DNA of 64,000 bases from an uncultured Chitinophaga sp. (GTDB lineage Bacteria > Bacteroidota > Bacteroidia > Chitinophagales > LD1). How positions within the stretch are numbered: position 1 is the stretch's first letter; the number at the start of each line of letters is the position of its first letter. Made by a program: the position numbers and the translations under genes. The stretch lies in assembly GCA_964615305.1 (NCBI GenBank), contig CAZTNA010000007.1:326-64325 (forward strand), in the 5' to 3' direction. The notes under the pieces are model-generated. The model was not told where the DNA came from. It ran no database searches and saw nothing but the letters and a program-made list of their open reading frames with translations. This document shows positions 8,009-18,565 of the stretch, one piece after another.

Positions 8009-8971
8009 TTACGCGGCCATGTATGTAAACAGATAAAATGCAGCAATAGATAAAACACCCAGCAGCATTATTACTTTAAGTAATACGCTTATACGAGCGT
8101 AATCTTTTTGCTCTTTAGGTGTAAGCAACAATACAATAGCTGCTACCACCGGTACGGCTACCGCCACGGCCAAATATGAAACTTGTTTAAGCGCACCGGC
8201 TTCAATAAGCCATTTCATAAAAAAACCAAGTCCGCCAAGCAAGGCAACTAATACTGCCAAAGCTACATACCGTGTAATGGTTATACCAAACTGAACTGCC
8301 ATAGTGTTTATTTTGTATGAAGCATCTCCTTCCACATCTTCTATATCTTTTACCAGTTCGCGGGCCAGATTAGTTATAAATGCAAAACCTCCATAAAACT
8401 TTACCTGTAACAGCAGCATGCCAAAAACATACTGCGAACTTTCAAACTGCACAGTAGCCAAAAAGTTTTTTTCGAACATAAGCAGCAGCAAAAACACAAA
8501 GCCAGTTAGTGCACTTACTACTACATTACCCACCAGCGGAATCTTTTTTAAATACGATGAATACAAATACAACAGCAACACACAGATAACGTAGAAATAA
8601 CCGGTTTTGTAATTGTTGGTTTGGTAGCCCAGATAAAAACCAATGGCTATACCTGCAAATGCAAAAACGGCATGCATATAAAAGGCCTGGTCTAGCGAGA
8701 ACGCTGCTTGCGGTAACGGGCGGTATGGTTTGTATTCTTTGTCTAACTCAAAATCGAAATAGTCGTTAATTATGTTTCCGGCAGCGGCCACCAGTAAAAC
8801 AGAAAGCACAAACAGACAAAATTCAACCGTAGTAAACGGCAGTAGCGTAGTAAACAGTTTGTATTGATGTGCCGGTGTTAGAATCAGAAAATAAAACAAT
8901 GAAATGCAGAGCGTTAGTATAGCAAGATTAGCTGCACGTATTAACTGAAAGAATGCCAAAGCTTTTTTCAA
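8009..8971 (-). CDS. UbiA-family prenyltransferase
   Basis: Polytopic membrane ORF with NIINDYFDFELDK and DIEDVEGD motifs. Confidence 0.85.
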   Translation of the reverse strand: MKKALAFFQLIRAANLAILTLCISLFYFLILTPAHQYKLFTTLLPFTTVEFCLFVLSVLLVAAAGNIINDYFDFELDKEYKPYRPLPQAAFSLDQAFYMHAVFAFAGIAIGFYLGYQTNNYKTGYFYVICVLLLYLYSSYLKKIPLVGNVVVSALTGFVFLLLLMFEKNFLATVQFESSQYVFGMLLLQVKFYGGFAFITNLARELVKDIEDVEGDASYKINTMAVQFGITITRYVALAVLVALLGGLGFFMKWLIEAGALKQVSYLAVAVAVPVVAAIVLLLTPKEQKDYARISVLLKVIMLLGVLSIAAFYLFTYMAA

Positions 8972-8996
8972 ACTGAGAAATTTTTACCGCACGAAT

Positions 8997-9770
8997 CTAT
9001 TTATCCTTATCGCTTTGCGAAGCAATAATGCTTTGAGTCAGTACTTCATACACTTTTCTCAATCGTTCTTCGCTGCTGAGTAGTTGAATGTGCTTGTCTA
9101 TTACCTGCATATCGTTACGGGCTGCCGGACCTGTTTGTATATTATCAGGAGAATGTTGGGCTAAGTTTTCGATAGATTGGAAAATAAGCGGCTTCAGAAT
9201 TTCGAAGGGCAAATGATGAGCCAGCATCAGCTTTTCCGAAATACCATATAAGTGATTGGTAAAATTATTGGCAAACACCGCTGCTAAATGAATCCACTGC
9301 CTTTGCTCTTCATCTACCCGGTGCACATTCTGCGAAATAGTAAAGCCCAACCTCTCTAACAGTTGGGTAGTTTCAGTATTGCTGCCTTCAATTAGTATGG
9401 GCACACTTTTAAAATCTACTTTCATGGCCTTGGTCATGGTTTGCAGCGGATAAAATATACCGTAGTTAACTGAACTCTGTTTTAACAGTGCCGATGATTT
9501 AGTACCGGAAGTATGCACTACAACTTTGTCGTTAACATTCAATGTTGCAGCCCTTTCGGCAATAGCATCGTCTTTTACAGCTATCACATACAATTCTGCA
9601 TCTAACAACTGTTGAATGTTAGAAGTAAAACGTGCGCCCACTGTCTTTGCCAACTCCTCTCCTGCCTCGCTGCTGCGGTTGTAAATTTCTACAACAGTGT
9701 GTCCGGCTTTTTTAAAAGCCAGTGCCAATTGTGTAGCCACATTTCCTGCGCCCAAAATGGTAATGTTCAT
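8997..9770 (-). CDS. Rossmann-fold oxidoreductase-like protein (DUF2520-type)
   Basis: N-terminal ILGAGNVATQLALAFKKAGH dinucleotide-binding motif; 257 aa. Confidence 0.7.
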   Translation of the reverse strand: MNITILGAGNVATQLALAFKKAGHTVVEIYNRSSEAGEELAKTVGARFTSNIQQLLDAELYVIAVKDDAIAERAATLNVNDKVVVHTSGTKSSALLKQSSVNYGIFYPLQTMTKAMKVDFKSVPILIEGSNTETTQLLERLGFTISQNVHRVDEEQRQWIHLAAVFANNFTNHLYGISEKLMLAHHLPFEILKPLIFQSIENLAQHSPDNIQTGPAARNDMQVIDKHIQLLSSEERLRKVYEVLTQSIIASQSDKDK

Positions 9771-9806
9771 ACAACTAAGATAAGTGTTTCGGCTATCCGG
9801 TCTAAC

Positions 9807-10796
9807 TTATTTTATACTGCCCATGTGTGCTTTTAGTTTGTTAAGCACATCTATTTCAGAAGGGTCGTAACCTTGCAATACGGCTAACTCGTAACTGAGC
9901 CAATCGCCAAAATGAATAAAGTAGAAATGCTTTTCAAAAGTATCTGCTCCTTTGGCATGTATCTCATACACGCTTTCTGATATTTTCTCTATAACATCTT
10001 TTTTAAACAAAATACGGTGTGTATTGCGCTCGTATTCATCATCGGCTCTAAACACCAGCACGGCAATGGCATTATTTTGCTCTCGCCAACCTACTAATTC
10101 ATTGTGGTTCATTTCAGGCACCACATTAAACCAACAATGCAACTTCGAGTTTTCATTTATCTGCTGTTTTAATCTCAGCAGCGTACTCTCATACTTATCC
10201 TCAGAGTAAGCAATAATAATTTTACGCTCTAGCTTAGCGGCTAAAAACTTTACATCATCTACTATTGCCTGTTGTTCTTTATCGAGCAGTGCGGCACTAT
10301 TTCTAACTTGTTGCTTAAATTCATTGCTTATTAATCCAAAATGGTGCAACACAAAAAACAACTGAATGGTTGAATAACCCAGGCAAGAGCGCGGAGGAAA
10401 ACCAGCGGGAATAGTTATTAAATCGAAATTGTTATCACGTGCAATTTCAGCCAGTTTGCCACCGCTGGTTATACAAATGGGCTTTAGCCCTTTTACAATT
10501 GCCTGATGAGCGCACGAAATAGTTTCCTCTGTATTACCTGAGTATGAAGACAGAATAATCAGGGTAGATGCATCAACAAATGCCGGTAGAAAATAACCCT
10601 TGTTAACTGTTATGGGTTGCTTCAACTCATCACGTGTTAACTCATTCAATATATTTCCACCAAAGCCCGATGCGCCAAGCCCTGCCACTAACACATTTTT
10701 GACTGGCGTATTAAAAGTAGTCTTTAACTCAATCTGCTCTCCTATTTCAATGGCTTTTAAAAGCTGAGCCGGAAACTGTTTTATAAGTTCATACAT
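9807..10796 (-). CDS. SIS-domain bifunctional phosphoglucose/phosphomannose isomerase-like protein
   Basis: 329 aa. The GLGASGFGG and SYSGNTEET motifs are typical of SIS domains. Confidence 0.75.
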   Translation of the reverse strand: MYELIKQFPAQLLKAIEIGEQIELKTTFNTPVKNVLVAGLGASGFGGNILNELTRDELKQPITVNKGYFLPAFVDASTLIILSSYSGNTEETISCAHQAIVKGLKPICITSGGKLAEIARDNNFDLITIPAGFPPRSCLGYSTIQLFFVLHHFGLISNEFKQQVRNSAALLDKEQQAIVDDVKFLAAKLERKIIIAYSEDKYESTLLRLKQQINENSKLHCWFNVVPEMNHNELVGWREQNNAIAVLVFRADDEYERNTHRILFKKDVIEKISESVYEIHAKGADTFEKHFYFIHFGDWLSYELAVLQGYDPSEIDVLNKLKAHMGSIK

Positions 10797-10899
10797 AATT
10801 CTATTGCAAAAATGGTGCGTGAAGAAAAGAATTTTTTGGTGTCAGCGGTGGCAGAGAACAACAACTTAGCTTTTAAATTTTTGATTTTATACTTGCCTT

Positions 10900-11385
10900 A
10901 TGCTTAGAAGATTCAACCTGCGCGTTTATGGCTTGCTTATAAACGAAAACAACGAAATTTTACTTTCTGACGAAGTGTTTACCAATGGCAAATTAGCTAC
11001 TAAGTTTCCGGGTGGTGGTGTAGAGTTGGGCGAAGGACTGCTCGATGCACTTCAACGCGAATTTTTAGAAGAAACTAAAGTGCAGGTGCATATTACCGAC
11101 CATTTCTATACCACCGATTTTTTTGTACCCTCATTTTTCAACGAAACTGCAGAAAGCCAAATAATAAGTGTATATTATTTGGTCAATACACCAGAATGGA
11201 AAAATATTCCATGCACAGACAAAAAATTTGACTTTAAAGTAATTGAAGGGTTAGATGCTTGGAGCATGCGCTGGGTGCCACTTACAGAGTTAGATAAAGA
11301 ACATGACATACATTTGCCAATAGATAAGGTGGTGGTGGAAAAACTTCTGAACAGTTTCCCCAAAATTGGGTTTAGGGTAAAATAA
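10900..11385 (+). CDS. NUDIX hydrolase
   Basis: Nudix box GGGVELGEGLLDALQREFLEETK. Confidence 0.85.
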   Translation: MLRRFNLRVYGLLINENNEILLSDEVFTNGKLATKFPGGGVELGEGLLDALQREFLEETKVQVHITDHFYTTDFFVPSFFNETAESQIISVYYLVNTPEWKNIPCTDKKFDFKVIEGLDAWSMRWVPLTELDKEHDIHLPIDKVVVEKLLNSFPKIGFRVK

Positions 11386-12022
11386 GTATTGGCGTACCCA
11401 CATTAACTGCCACAAACAATTCATCTATTTCTTCATCGGTTACGGCTACACAGCCAAACGTCCAGTCACTTTTGATATGGTCTTTACCTTTATTATTCAT
11501 ATTCTTCATTAATCCATGAATCATAATATCACCCCCCGGACGTTTACCTAAAGCACTCGCTTTTTCTTTGTCATCTTGATTAGGGTAAGAAACCGCTAAA
11601 CTCTTGTGGTATCGGCTAAATGGATTTTTGCTATTGATAAAATACCACCCTTCGGGTGTTTTGTTATCTCCTTCAACCACTTTTGGGCCTATAGGGCTTA
11701 ACCCCAAAGCCACCTTATACTCTTTCAACAATGCACCATTCTTAAATGCCTGTAAAACACGCTGTGCCTTATGCACAGCTAAACTGTCTATGTCACCTTT
11801 TACAAAACTAATGTTGCTTTCTGTAACAACCGGATCGGCAGTTCTGCGTTTGCTGCGTTTCTTTCTAGCCTTCTTGGTATCGAGCATGGTTGTTGTGTCC
11901 GTATCAGATTGCAATTGCTCTTGCAACAAATGGGCACGCTTGACTTGTTGGCGACTAACCAAATAAAATACTACACCACTTGCCAAAACACAAACCAAAA
12001 TCAATGCAATTAGCGTACGCAT
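11372..12022 (-). CDS. L,D-transpeptidase (YkuD) family protein
   Basis: N-terminal TM helix. C-terminal IMIHG...TFGCVAVTDEEIDELF catalytic His/Cys pattern. Confidence 0.8.
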   Translation of the reverse strand: MRTLIALILVCVLASGVVFYLVSRQQVKRAHLLQEQLQSDTDTTTMLDTKKARKKRSKRRTADPVVTESNISFVKGDIDSLAVHKAQRVLQAFKNGALLKEYKVALGLSPIGPKVVEGDNKTPEGWYFINSKNPFSRYHKSLAVSYPNQDDKEKASALGKRPGGDIMIHGLMKNMNNKGKDHIKSDWTFGCVAVTDEEIDELFVAVNVGTPILILP

Positions 12023-12089
12023 AAACCTCTTTTAAACCTAACGTATGCAAATTGAAAATAGTATCTCTGTCATGACTCGTTTCTGAAGT

Positions 12090-13451
12090 TTAAGCCATTA
12101 CTTCAATTAAGTCAAACTCGGTAATAATGTGTAATATACCAGAGTTAGCCCTCACCATAACCGCACTGTTATCTTTCGAAATTTGTTTTGAAATATCTGC
12201 CGTAGTGTCGGTTAACTGTACCAATGGAAATGGCTTGCCCATTACCTTACCCACTTCGTCATCGCGGTGGTAAGGGTTGTCCATAAGCAATTGCAAAATA
12301 CCGCGCTCAGTAATACTGCCCAGGTTTGTATCCTTGTCCATTACCGGTAATTGGGTAAGGTTCATCTCTTTCATTTTTTTGAAAGCTGTTGCCACTGTAT
12401 CAGTTGGCGAAACAAAAACAAGTTCAGTGATTTTCTTTCTGTCAATAATTGTTTTGGCAGTAACTACCTCATCCATTAAAAATCCGCGTTCGCGCATCCA
12501 CTCGTCATTGTATATTTTAGCCATGTAGCGGCTACCGTGATCGTGTAGTATAATCACCACTACATCATCCTTTTTGAACCTGTCTTTGAGCTGAAGCAAC
12601 CCTTGCATAACTGTACCAGCACTGTAGCCGCAAAAAATTCCTTCTTCTTTTGCCAGTTTGCGTGCCATAATGGCACCGTCCATGTCAGTTACCTGCTCAA
12701 TGTGATCTATAAATTTCATATCATAGTTCTGTGGCACAAAATCTTCTCCTATGCCTTCGGTAAAATACGGATACACTTCATTAGTATCCAACTCTCCCGT
12801 ATCGTGAAATTTTTTAAGCAATGATCCATATACATCTATCCCGAACACTTGAATATTTGGGTTCTTTTCTTTCAGATACATAGCTGTACCCATGACAGTA
12901 CCGCCTGTTCCAATAGTGGTAACATAATGGGTTATCTTACCCTCGGTTTGCTCCCATATTTCAGGACCAGTGGTTTCGTAATGTGCAGCACGGTTACTCA
13001 GGTTATCATACTGGTTCATGTGTATTGAATTCGGAATCTCCTTTGCCAAACGCTTGGCAACCGAGTAGTATGAACGCGGGTCTTCGGGTTCTACATTCGT
13101 TGGGCAAACAATTACTTCGGCTCCCAATGCACGAAGTATATCAAGTTTCGACTTTGATTGCTTATCCGTAGTAGTAAAAATACACTTGTAGCCCCGAACC
13201 ACTGATGCAAGAGCTAAGCCCATTCCGGTATTACCTGAAGTGCACTCAATAATAGTGCCTCCCGGCTTTAATTTTCCTGATTTTTCGGCATCAGTTATCA
13301 TTTTGATGCCAATACGGTCTTTCACCGAATTGCCCGGATTAAAGTACTCTACCTTAGCTAAAAACAAGCCGGGGATGTGCTGTGTAATTTTGTTTAACTT
13401 AACCAAAGGTGTATTACCTATGGTTTCTACAATGTTGTTGAAGTATTTCAT
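12090..13451 (-). CDS. Cystathionine beta-synthase-like PLP enzyme with C-terminal CBS pair
   Basis: Cysteine synthase fold motifs (NPGNSVKDR, TSGNTG) plus a roughly 120 aa C-terminal CBS-like region. Confidence 0.85.
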   Translation of the reverse strand: MKYFNNIVETIGNTPLVKLNKITQHIPGLFLAKVEYFNPGNSVKDRIGIKMITDAEKSGKLKPGGTIIECTSGNTGMGLALASVVRGYKCIFTTTDKQSKSKLDILRALGAEVIVCPTNVEPEDPRSYYSVAKRLAKEIPNSIHMNQYDNLSNRAAHYETTGPEIWEQTEGKITHYVTTIGTGGTVMGTAMYLKEKNPNIQVFGIDVYGSLLKKFHDTGELDTNEVYPYFTEGIGEDFVPQNYDMKFIDHIEQVTDMDGAIMARKLAKEEGIFCGYSAGTVMQGLLQLKDRFKKDDVVVIILHDHGSRYMAKIYNDEWMRERGFLMDEVVTAKTIIDRKKITELVFVSPTDTVATAFKKMKEMNLTQLPVMDKDTNLGSITERGILQLLMDNPYHRDDEVGKVMGKPFPLVQLTDTTADISKQISKDNSAVMVRANSGILHIITEFDLIEVMA

Positions 13452-13490
13452 ACTTTGCGGGTAATAAATAGTAGTGTTCTACCCGCAATA

Positions 13491-13994
13491 TTAAATTTTC
13501 CCTGTCAGTTGCTGTTGTAAGTTTTCTACAAAAACCAGAGTGGCCGGGCAATAGGTTAAGTTATTGGTAAATGTTTTTTCGTTTACCTGATACCGAAAGT
13601 CTTTACGTACAAAATGTGGGAAACCCGCACAGTCAGCAGGGCGAATTTCATAGATGGTACATTTATGATCTTTACCTAGAAAATGGCATGGTGTAGTGCG
13701 GTTTATTATGTCTTTGTTCTCGTCTATTTTTAAAAACTTGTCGAAATACTGTTGGTAGGTCATTCCTACATACGCAGCTATACGTTTAATATCTCCCTTA
13801 GTGTAGGTAGGGGTCATTTTTTTACAGCAATTGGCGCAGTCAAGGCATGCCACCTGCGCCCAGGTCTTCTTATCAGCCTCTGTTACGTGCTTCATGATAG
13901 GGCCCTTACTTTTACCTACCTTGCGTAGAAACGATGCAAGCGACTTCTTTTTACGGGCAGCTCTTCGCTGATACGTTTTTACGTTGAATGCCAT
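13491..13994 (-). CDS. YkgJ-family cysteine-cluster protein
   Basis: CLDCANCCK cluster and downstream conserved Cys residues. Confidence 0.7.
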   Translation of the reverse strand: MAFNVKTYQRRAARKKKSLASFLRKVGKSKGPIMKHVTEADKKTWAQVACLDCANCCKKMTPTYTKGDIKRIAAYVGMTYQQYFDKFLKIDENKDIINRTTPCHFLGKDHKCTIYEIRPADCAGFPHFVRKDFRYQVNEKTFTNNLTYCPATLVFVENLQQQLTGKI

Positions 13995-14066
13995 ATTTAG
14001 TTTGTAAAGTGCGAAGTGTCCACTTTCAAAAATTGAATGCAGACACTGACTGAAGTTTGAGGAAGT

Positions 14067-14276
14067 TTAAAGAGTAACAAAATCAAATTTGTTGCTGTAC
14101 TTTCTCACCTTACCGTTTTTGAGTGTAACTTTTAAGTCAAGCCCTTCCCACACAGCGCTGGCCACCTCTTCGCCAACTTCCAGTGTGGTAGCAGTTGTTT
14201 TGCCGCTAAACAAGCGAACGTTTTTTCCTTTAATTTCCATTGTTCCGTACTTCGGATATTTTGCCTCCCATGCCAT
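14067..14276 (-). CDS. Small hypothetical protein (69 aa)
   Basis: Clean ORF with a non-repetitive sequence in an otherwise empty gap. No recognisable domain. Confidence 0.5.
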   Translation of the reverse strand: MAWEAKYPKYGTMEIKGKNVRLFSGKTTATTLEVGEEVASAVWEGLDLKVTLKNGKVRKYSNKFDFVTL

Positions 14277-14479
14277 ATTCTATGATTTATTAATTTTAAA
14301 TTATGGGGTAAGTATAAAATATTTGGAGTAAAGAACTAACTGTTTTAAGTATTAGTAAGAAAATGACACAAACTTATGAGCAGTAGTGTTATTTATATAC
14401 TTCGTCAAAATTTGAAATTTATCGCAGAACTTAATTACTTTCGGCAGCCATATTTAAACAACTACTAATTTATACAACT

Positions 14480-16901
14480 ATGAAAAATATTTTATCTCTA
14501 CCGGTAATAATGCTTTTAGCATTAATTACAAATGCCCAAAGTAATGTAGGTATCGGAACAGCTAATCCGGTAAGTAAATTAGATGTAATAAGGTAGCGTA
14601 ACTATAGGAACCAATTATTCTGGTGTATTTGTGGCACCGGCAAATGGTGCCATCATAGAAGGAAACGTGGGAATTGGAGTATCGAACCCACAAAATAAAT
14701 TGGATATTGAAGGGGGAGCTTACTTAGGATATGAAACTAATATATCAGATTTTGGAGGCTTACTTAAGTCCGGATTTTATCAGGATGGGGGCAATGCAAT
14801 TACCGGTGATGTTCCGGACCAAAGTCACACATGGTCGCATTTAATTACAACTCGTCATGACAATACCGGCAATAATCATCAGCTACAGATTGGAGCTTCT
14901 TATAATGTAAATGATCGTTTATTTTTTAGAAAAATTGCAGCAGGAAATGTATCATCGAATCCGGCATGGAACGAAATTGCCACAAGAGGTACAAATGTAT
15001 TTACCGGCCAGCAAATTGTTGGAGGGCTAACTACCAATGGAGTTAGCCACTATCAATTTGAAGGTGCCACATATCGCAACCCGGGAGACCACACGCCAAC
15101 TCTTTTGTTGAGGGCAGATAATCCGTCACTTGGTGTCAACGGATTTCGACCTGCTTTAACTCTATATAACTTCAATGGAAATTTGAATTCAACTGTTGGT
15201 TTAGCTTTTGCATCAAATGAAGAAGCGGGTATTGGAAATACTGCAAATCTGGCCGGCATTATGGCAATCAAAGAATCAGTAGGAACGAACAATGGCTGGT
15301 GTCAAGGAGGTTTGTCATTTTTTACAAAAAATATGGGTCAGCGTATTGATGCTATGAGCATAGGCTCTACCGGGCGTATTAGTTTTTTACAACCCGAAGG
15401 TGGTGATCCTAATTTTACAGGATTAGAATCTCCGACAAGTTCAGGTGGCAGAGCTCAGGTCGTTCTTTCTTCTTCGTATAGCGACTTGGTAATAGCATCT
15501 AGTCAGCCTAATCATAACCATGGCTCTACTTTGACATTTGCCACTTACAACCCGTCCGATGCAAATGATTACAGAAAGTTTGTAGTTAACCAAGGTAACT
15601 GGGGAGACAGGAGAGGCTTTTTAGATTTTGGTTATTCAGATGCTGCAGGCAGAAGCAATCCTCACTCCAGTATAAATGGTAGCGATAATGTGTTGGTGCT
15701 TGATGGGTTTAATAAAAGAGTAGGAATCGGCACGCAAAATCCTGGTGCAAAATTAGATGTGGTTGGGGCTATATGGAATAATCAAGGTATTGATGGTTGG
15801 GGATTTAAAAACGGTTGTGTTTTGGGAACTTATGGGCAAACTAATGCAACCACATTTCCTCTGTATATCCCTACCTCTGCACAAGGGCTTACTGTAACAA
15901 ATACGAGCGATGCAGCATTCTTTGGCCTCATAAGCCGGGGAGCAAATAGCAATGATTATAACGCAGTAATAGCCTGGGGTGACGATGCTGCCGATGACCT
16001 CGAATTTAGATTTAATAATTCAACAAAAGCGAGCATAAACAGCGGAGGACAAATCACTTTAGGAAATGACAGAACTACATTTTGTCACCACAACCCATAC
16101 GGTGATGCCATTGGAGAGCCCATTGTTTCTACTGCCCGGTTAGAAGTTGGGGGATGGGACAATGGAACAAATACAGTACCGGCCATTTTACGTATTCACC
16201 AATGGGGAAGTGGGGCGGCTGAATTTTTTAAGCCACAGGGTACAGTATTGTACCTTCGCGAAACTCCGGGTGGCGGCAATACATGGTTCAATAGATTCGA
16301 AGTACAAACTTATCGAGATGAAAGAGCATGGCATGATGCTTCAGTTTCAGTAGCCATAGCCAACGGATCTGCATATTTGCCTTCCGTTGGCTTTCACTAC
16401 CCCGGTAATTATGCCCACCAAATAAGTCTGTTTAATACGCCCGGTCTTGGAGCTATAGATCAAGCCGGCACAAACGGATCTCCGTTTTACGCTCAAAGTT
16501 TTAATGGATGGAGTGATATTAATGCCAAAAAAGATGTTGCGGATTTGGGAACTAAAGACTTATTGGCTAGTCTTGATAACATTATGAAAATCCGGTCAAT
16601 CAGCTATCGTTTTAATACAGAAACGGATACAGAAGACAGCGATCCAACAACTGCTTACAGAAAGTATCCTCACATTGGCTTCGAAGCTCAATCGCTTCCA
16701 AAAGAAGTTTACAGCGAAGTGCTAAACGCTACTTCAACCAAAGAAGGTAAAGGAGTAGGGTTAGACTTTAAAGGTTACGGACTTGGCGATATGGACGGTT
16801 TGCTGGTAGCAGGTGTAAAGGCACTGAACATTAAGGTAGAGGAGCAAAACAAATTGATAGAAGATCTACGCAAGCAAATTGAAGATTTAAAGAAGAAGTA
16901 A
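14480..16901 (+). pseudogene. Secreted tail-fibre-domain protein with C-terminal peptidase S74 intramolecular chaperone domain; N-terminus separated by a 1-nt frameshift
   Basis: ATG 14480 encodes MKNILSLPVIMLLALITNAQSNVGIGTANPVSKLDVIR, then a stop at 14594. Another frame is open from 14592 (GSVTIGTNYSGVFVAPANGAIIEGNVGIG...) through 16901. The C-terminus SDINAKKDV...IGFEAQSL...coiled coil (16512-16898) is S74-like. Confidence 0.7.
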
Positions 16902-17104
16902 TTCACATATTTACGACCGAGCTCTTTAATATCACCTTACTCTTAATACAGTTTTGAACTGCTATCTCGGTTTCAAGAAGCATTTACCAATTTCTATCAT
17001 AATTTTTTTCTCGCTTCTCCCCTCAATTAAACTCTTATCAATTTTCTTTGTCAAAAACCTACAATAATTTTTGCAATAACCGTTTATTGAAACAAATTTG
17101 CGCC

Positions 17105-17728
17105 ATGAAATTTTTAGTGAAACCTATGATTCTCCTGCTGGCATTCCTGTCGCTGGCATCATTCCGCAAGCAGCAACAAGTTAACGACTGGGTGTATGAA
17201 CGCGAAAAGCAAGGCATTAAAGTATTTACAAAGAAAAGCAAATGGGGTCGCCTTCGCGATTCTAAAGCGGTAATGGTGGTGTCAACCTCCCCTGACCAAA
17301 TGTACAAACTGCTATCCGACTTTTCCAATTACCCAAGTTGGGTGCCACGCTGCAAAAGTGCCAAAATATTAGCCCGACTTTCAGAAAATGAATGTATTGT
17401 TCATTTTGGCTTTAACTCTCCCTGGCCAGTAGCTGACCGCGATTGTGTAGTGCGCATTAAAACAGAAAAAAACCCTAAAACAGGTGTCATTCTTATTACT
17501 GAAACATCGGAACCCAAATACATGAAACCGATTGATGGGATGGTTAGAATTGAACAAATAATGGCTACATGGAAAATTACACCGGTACCTGGTGGCACTG
17601 AACTTATTAACGAATACGCCACTAACCCTGGCGGCAATATACCCGACTGGATGACCAATACTCAAAGTGTCGAGAATCCAATTGCAACGTTTGAAAGCAT
17701 CCAAAGCAAAGTAGAGAGTAAGAAATAA
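17105..17728 (+). CDS. Secreted START/SRPBCC lipid-binding-domain protein
   Basis: ATG at 17105 gives signal peptide MKFLVKPMILLLAFLSLASF. The body has a START-like pattern (W..E......I.V......W). Confidence 0.65.
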   Translation: MKFLVKPMILLLAFLSLASFRKQQQVNDWVYEREKQGIKVFTKKSKWGRLRDSKAVMVVSTSPDQMYKLLSDFSNYPSWVPRCKSAKILARLSENECIVHFGFNSPWPVADRDCVVRIKTEKNPKTGVILITETSEPKYMKPIDGMVRIEQIMATWKITPVPGGTELINEYATNPGGNIPDWMTNTQSVENPIATFESIQSKVESKK

Positions 17729-17777
17729 TTTCTCGCTTCTTTTATATCACAGTTTTATTTTAGCGGAAAATAATTCC

Positions 17778-18545
17778 ATGAAAAACCTTTTGATAGTTGC
17801 CGGATTGCTCGCACTGGCAACGGTTACCTTTTCGCAGGGCACCTATATTGAAATGAAACTTAGCAGCAACGGCAACGCTTCATTTTCGGGAACTTTTAAA
17901 ATGTATGCACAGAATGGCAATTCGCGCACCGAAATGAAAATGATTATTCCACAGTTACCGGGTGGCGGCATGAACCTCACCATGCTAAAGTTAAGCACCG
18001 ATAACGCCAACGTTTTTATGTTAAATGAAAAAGAGAAAACGTACACCGAGTTTAGCGCTGCCGATGATGAAGAGTATAAAGACTACCCGCAAAATGAGTA
18101 TGATGTTACCGTTTTAGGTAAAGAAAAGGTTAACGGTTACAATGCAACACATGTAATCGTAAAAGTAAAAGGTCGCAACTTTGAGCAGGAAATGTGGACT
18201 TCTACAGAAATTGCCAACTACAACAATCTGACCGCTGTAAAAAGTAAGTATTGGGGTAAAGACAACTTAAACAAGGCGCTTTCAGCAAAGGGTGCCGCAG
18301 GTTTTCCTGTTCGGATTTTAGTGGAAGAAAACCGTCAGAAAATACAAATGGATTTGGTTAAGGCTGAGGCAAGGTCTAATCCTGCATCTATGTTTAGTCT
18401 TAGTGGATACACTAAAACTAAAGGTATGGAGTTACCCGGTGGAGTGCAGATGCAGGAACTGATGGATCAACTTAAAAATGCTACCCCCGAAGAGCGCGAA
18501 GAGATGATGCGCCAGCTACAAAAGCTATACACCGACCCGCATTAG
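17778..18545 (+). CDS. Secreted DUF4412-like protein
   Basis: Signal peptide MKNLLIVAGLLALATVTFSQ and GTYIEMKLSS...RTEMKM pattern. Confidence 0.6.
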   Translation: MKNLLIVAGLLALATVTFSQGTYIEMKLSSNGNASFSGTFKMYAQNGNSRTEMKMIIPQLPGGGMNLTMLKLSTDNANVFMLNEKEKTYTEFSAADDEEYKDYPQNEYDVTVLGKEKVNGYNATHVIVKVKGRNFEQEMWTSTEIANYNNLTAVKSKYWGKDNLNKALSAKGAAGFPVRILVEENRQKIQMDLVKAEARSNPASMFSLSGYTKTKGMELPGGVQMQELMDQLKNATPEEREEMMRQLQKLYTDPH

Positions 18546-18565
18546 GCAAATCTGCATTGGTAAGT

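Noticed and set aside
12277-13464. Several 60-85 aa plus-strand ORFs
   Set aside because: All are antisense to the cystathionine beta-synthase-like gene.
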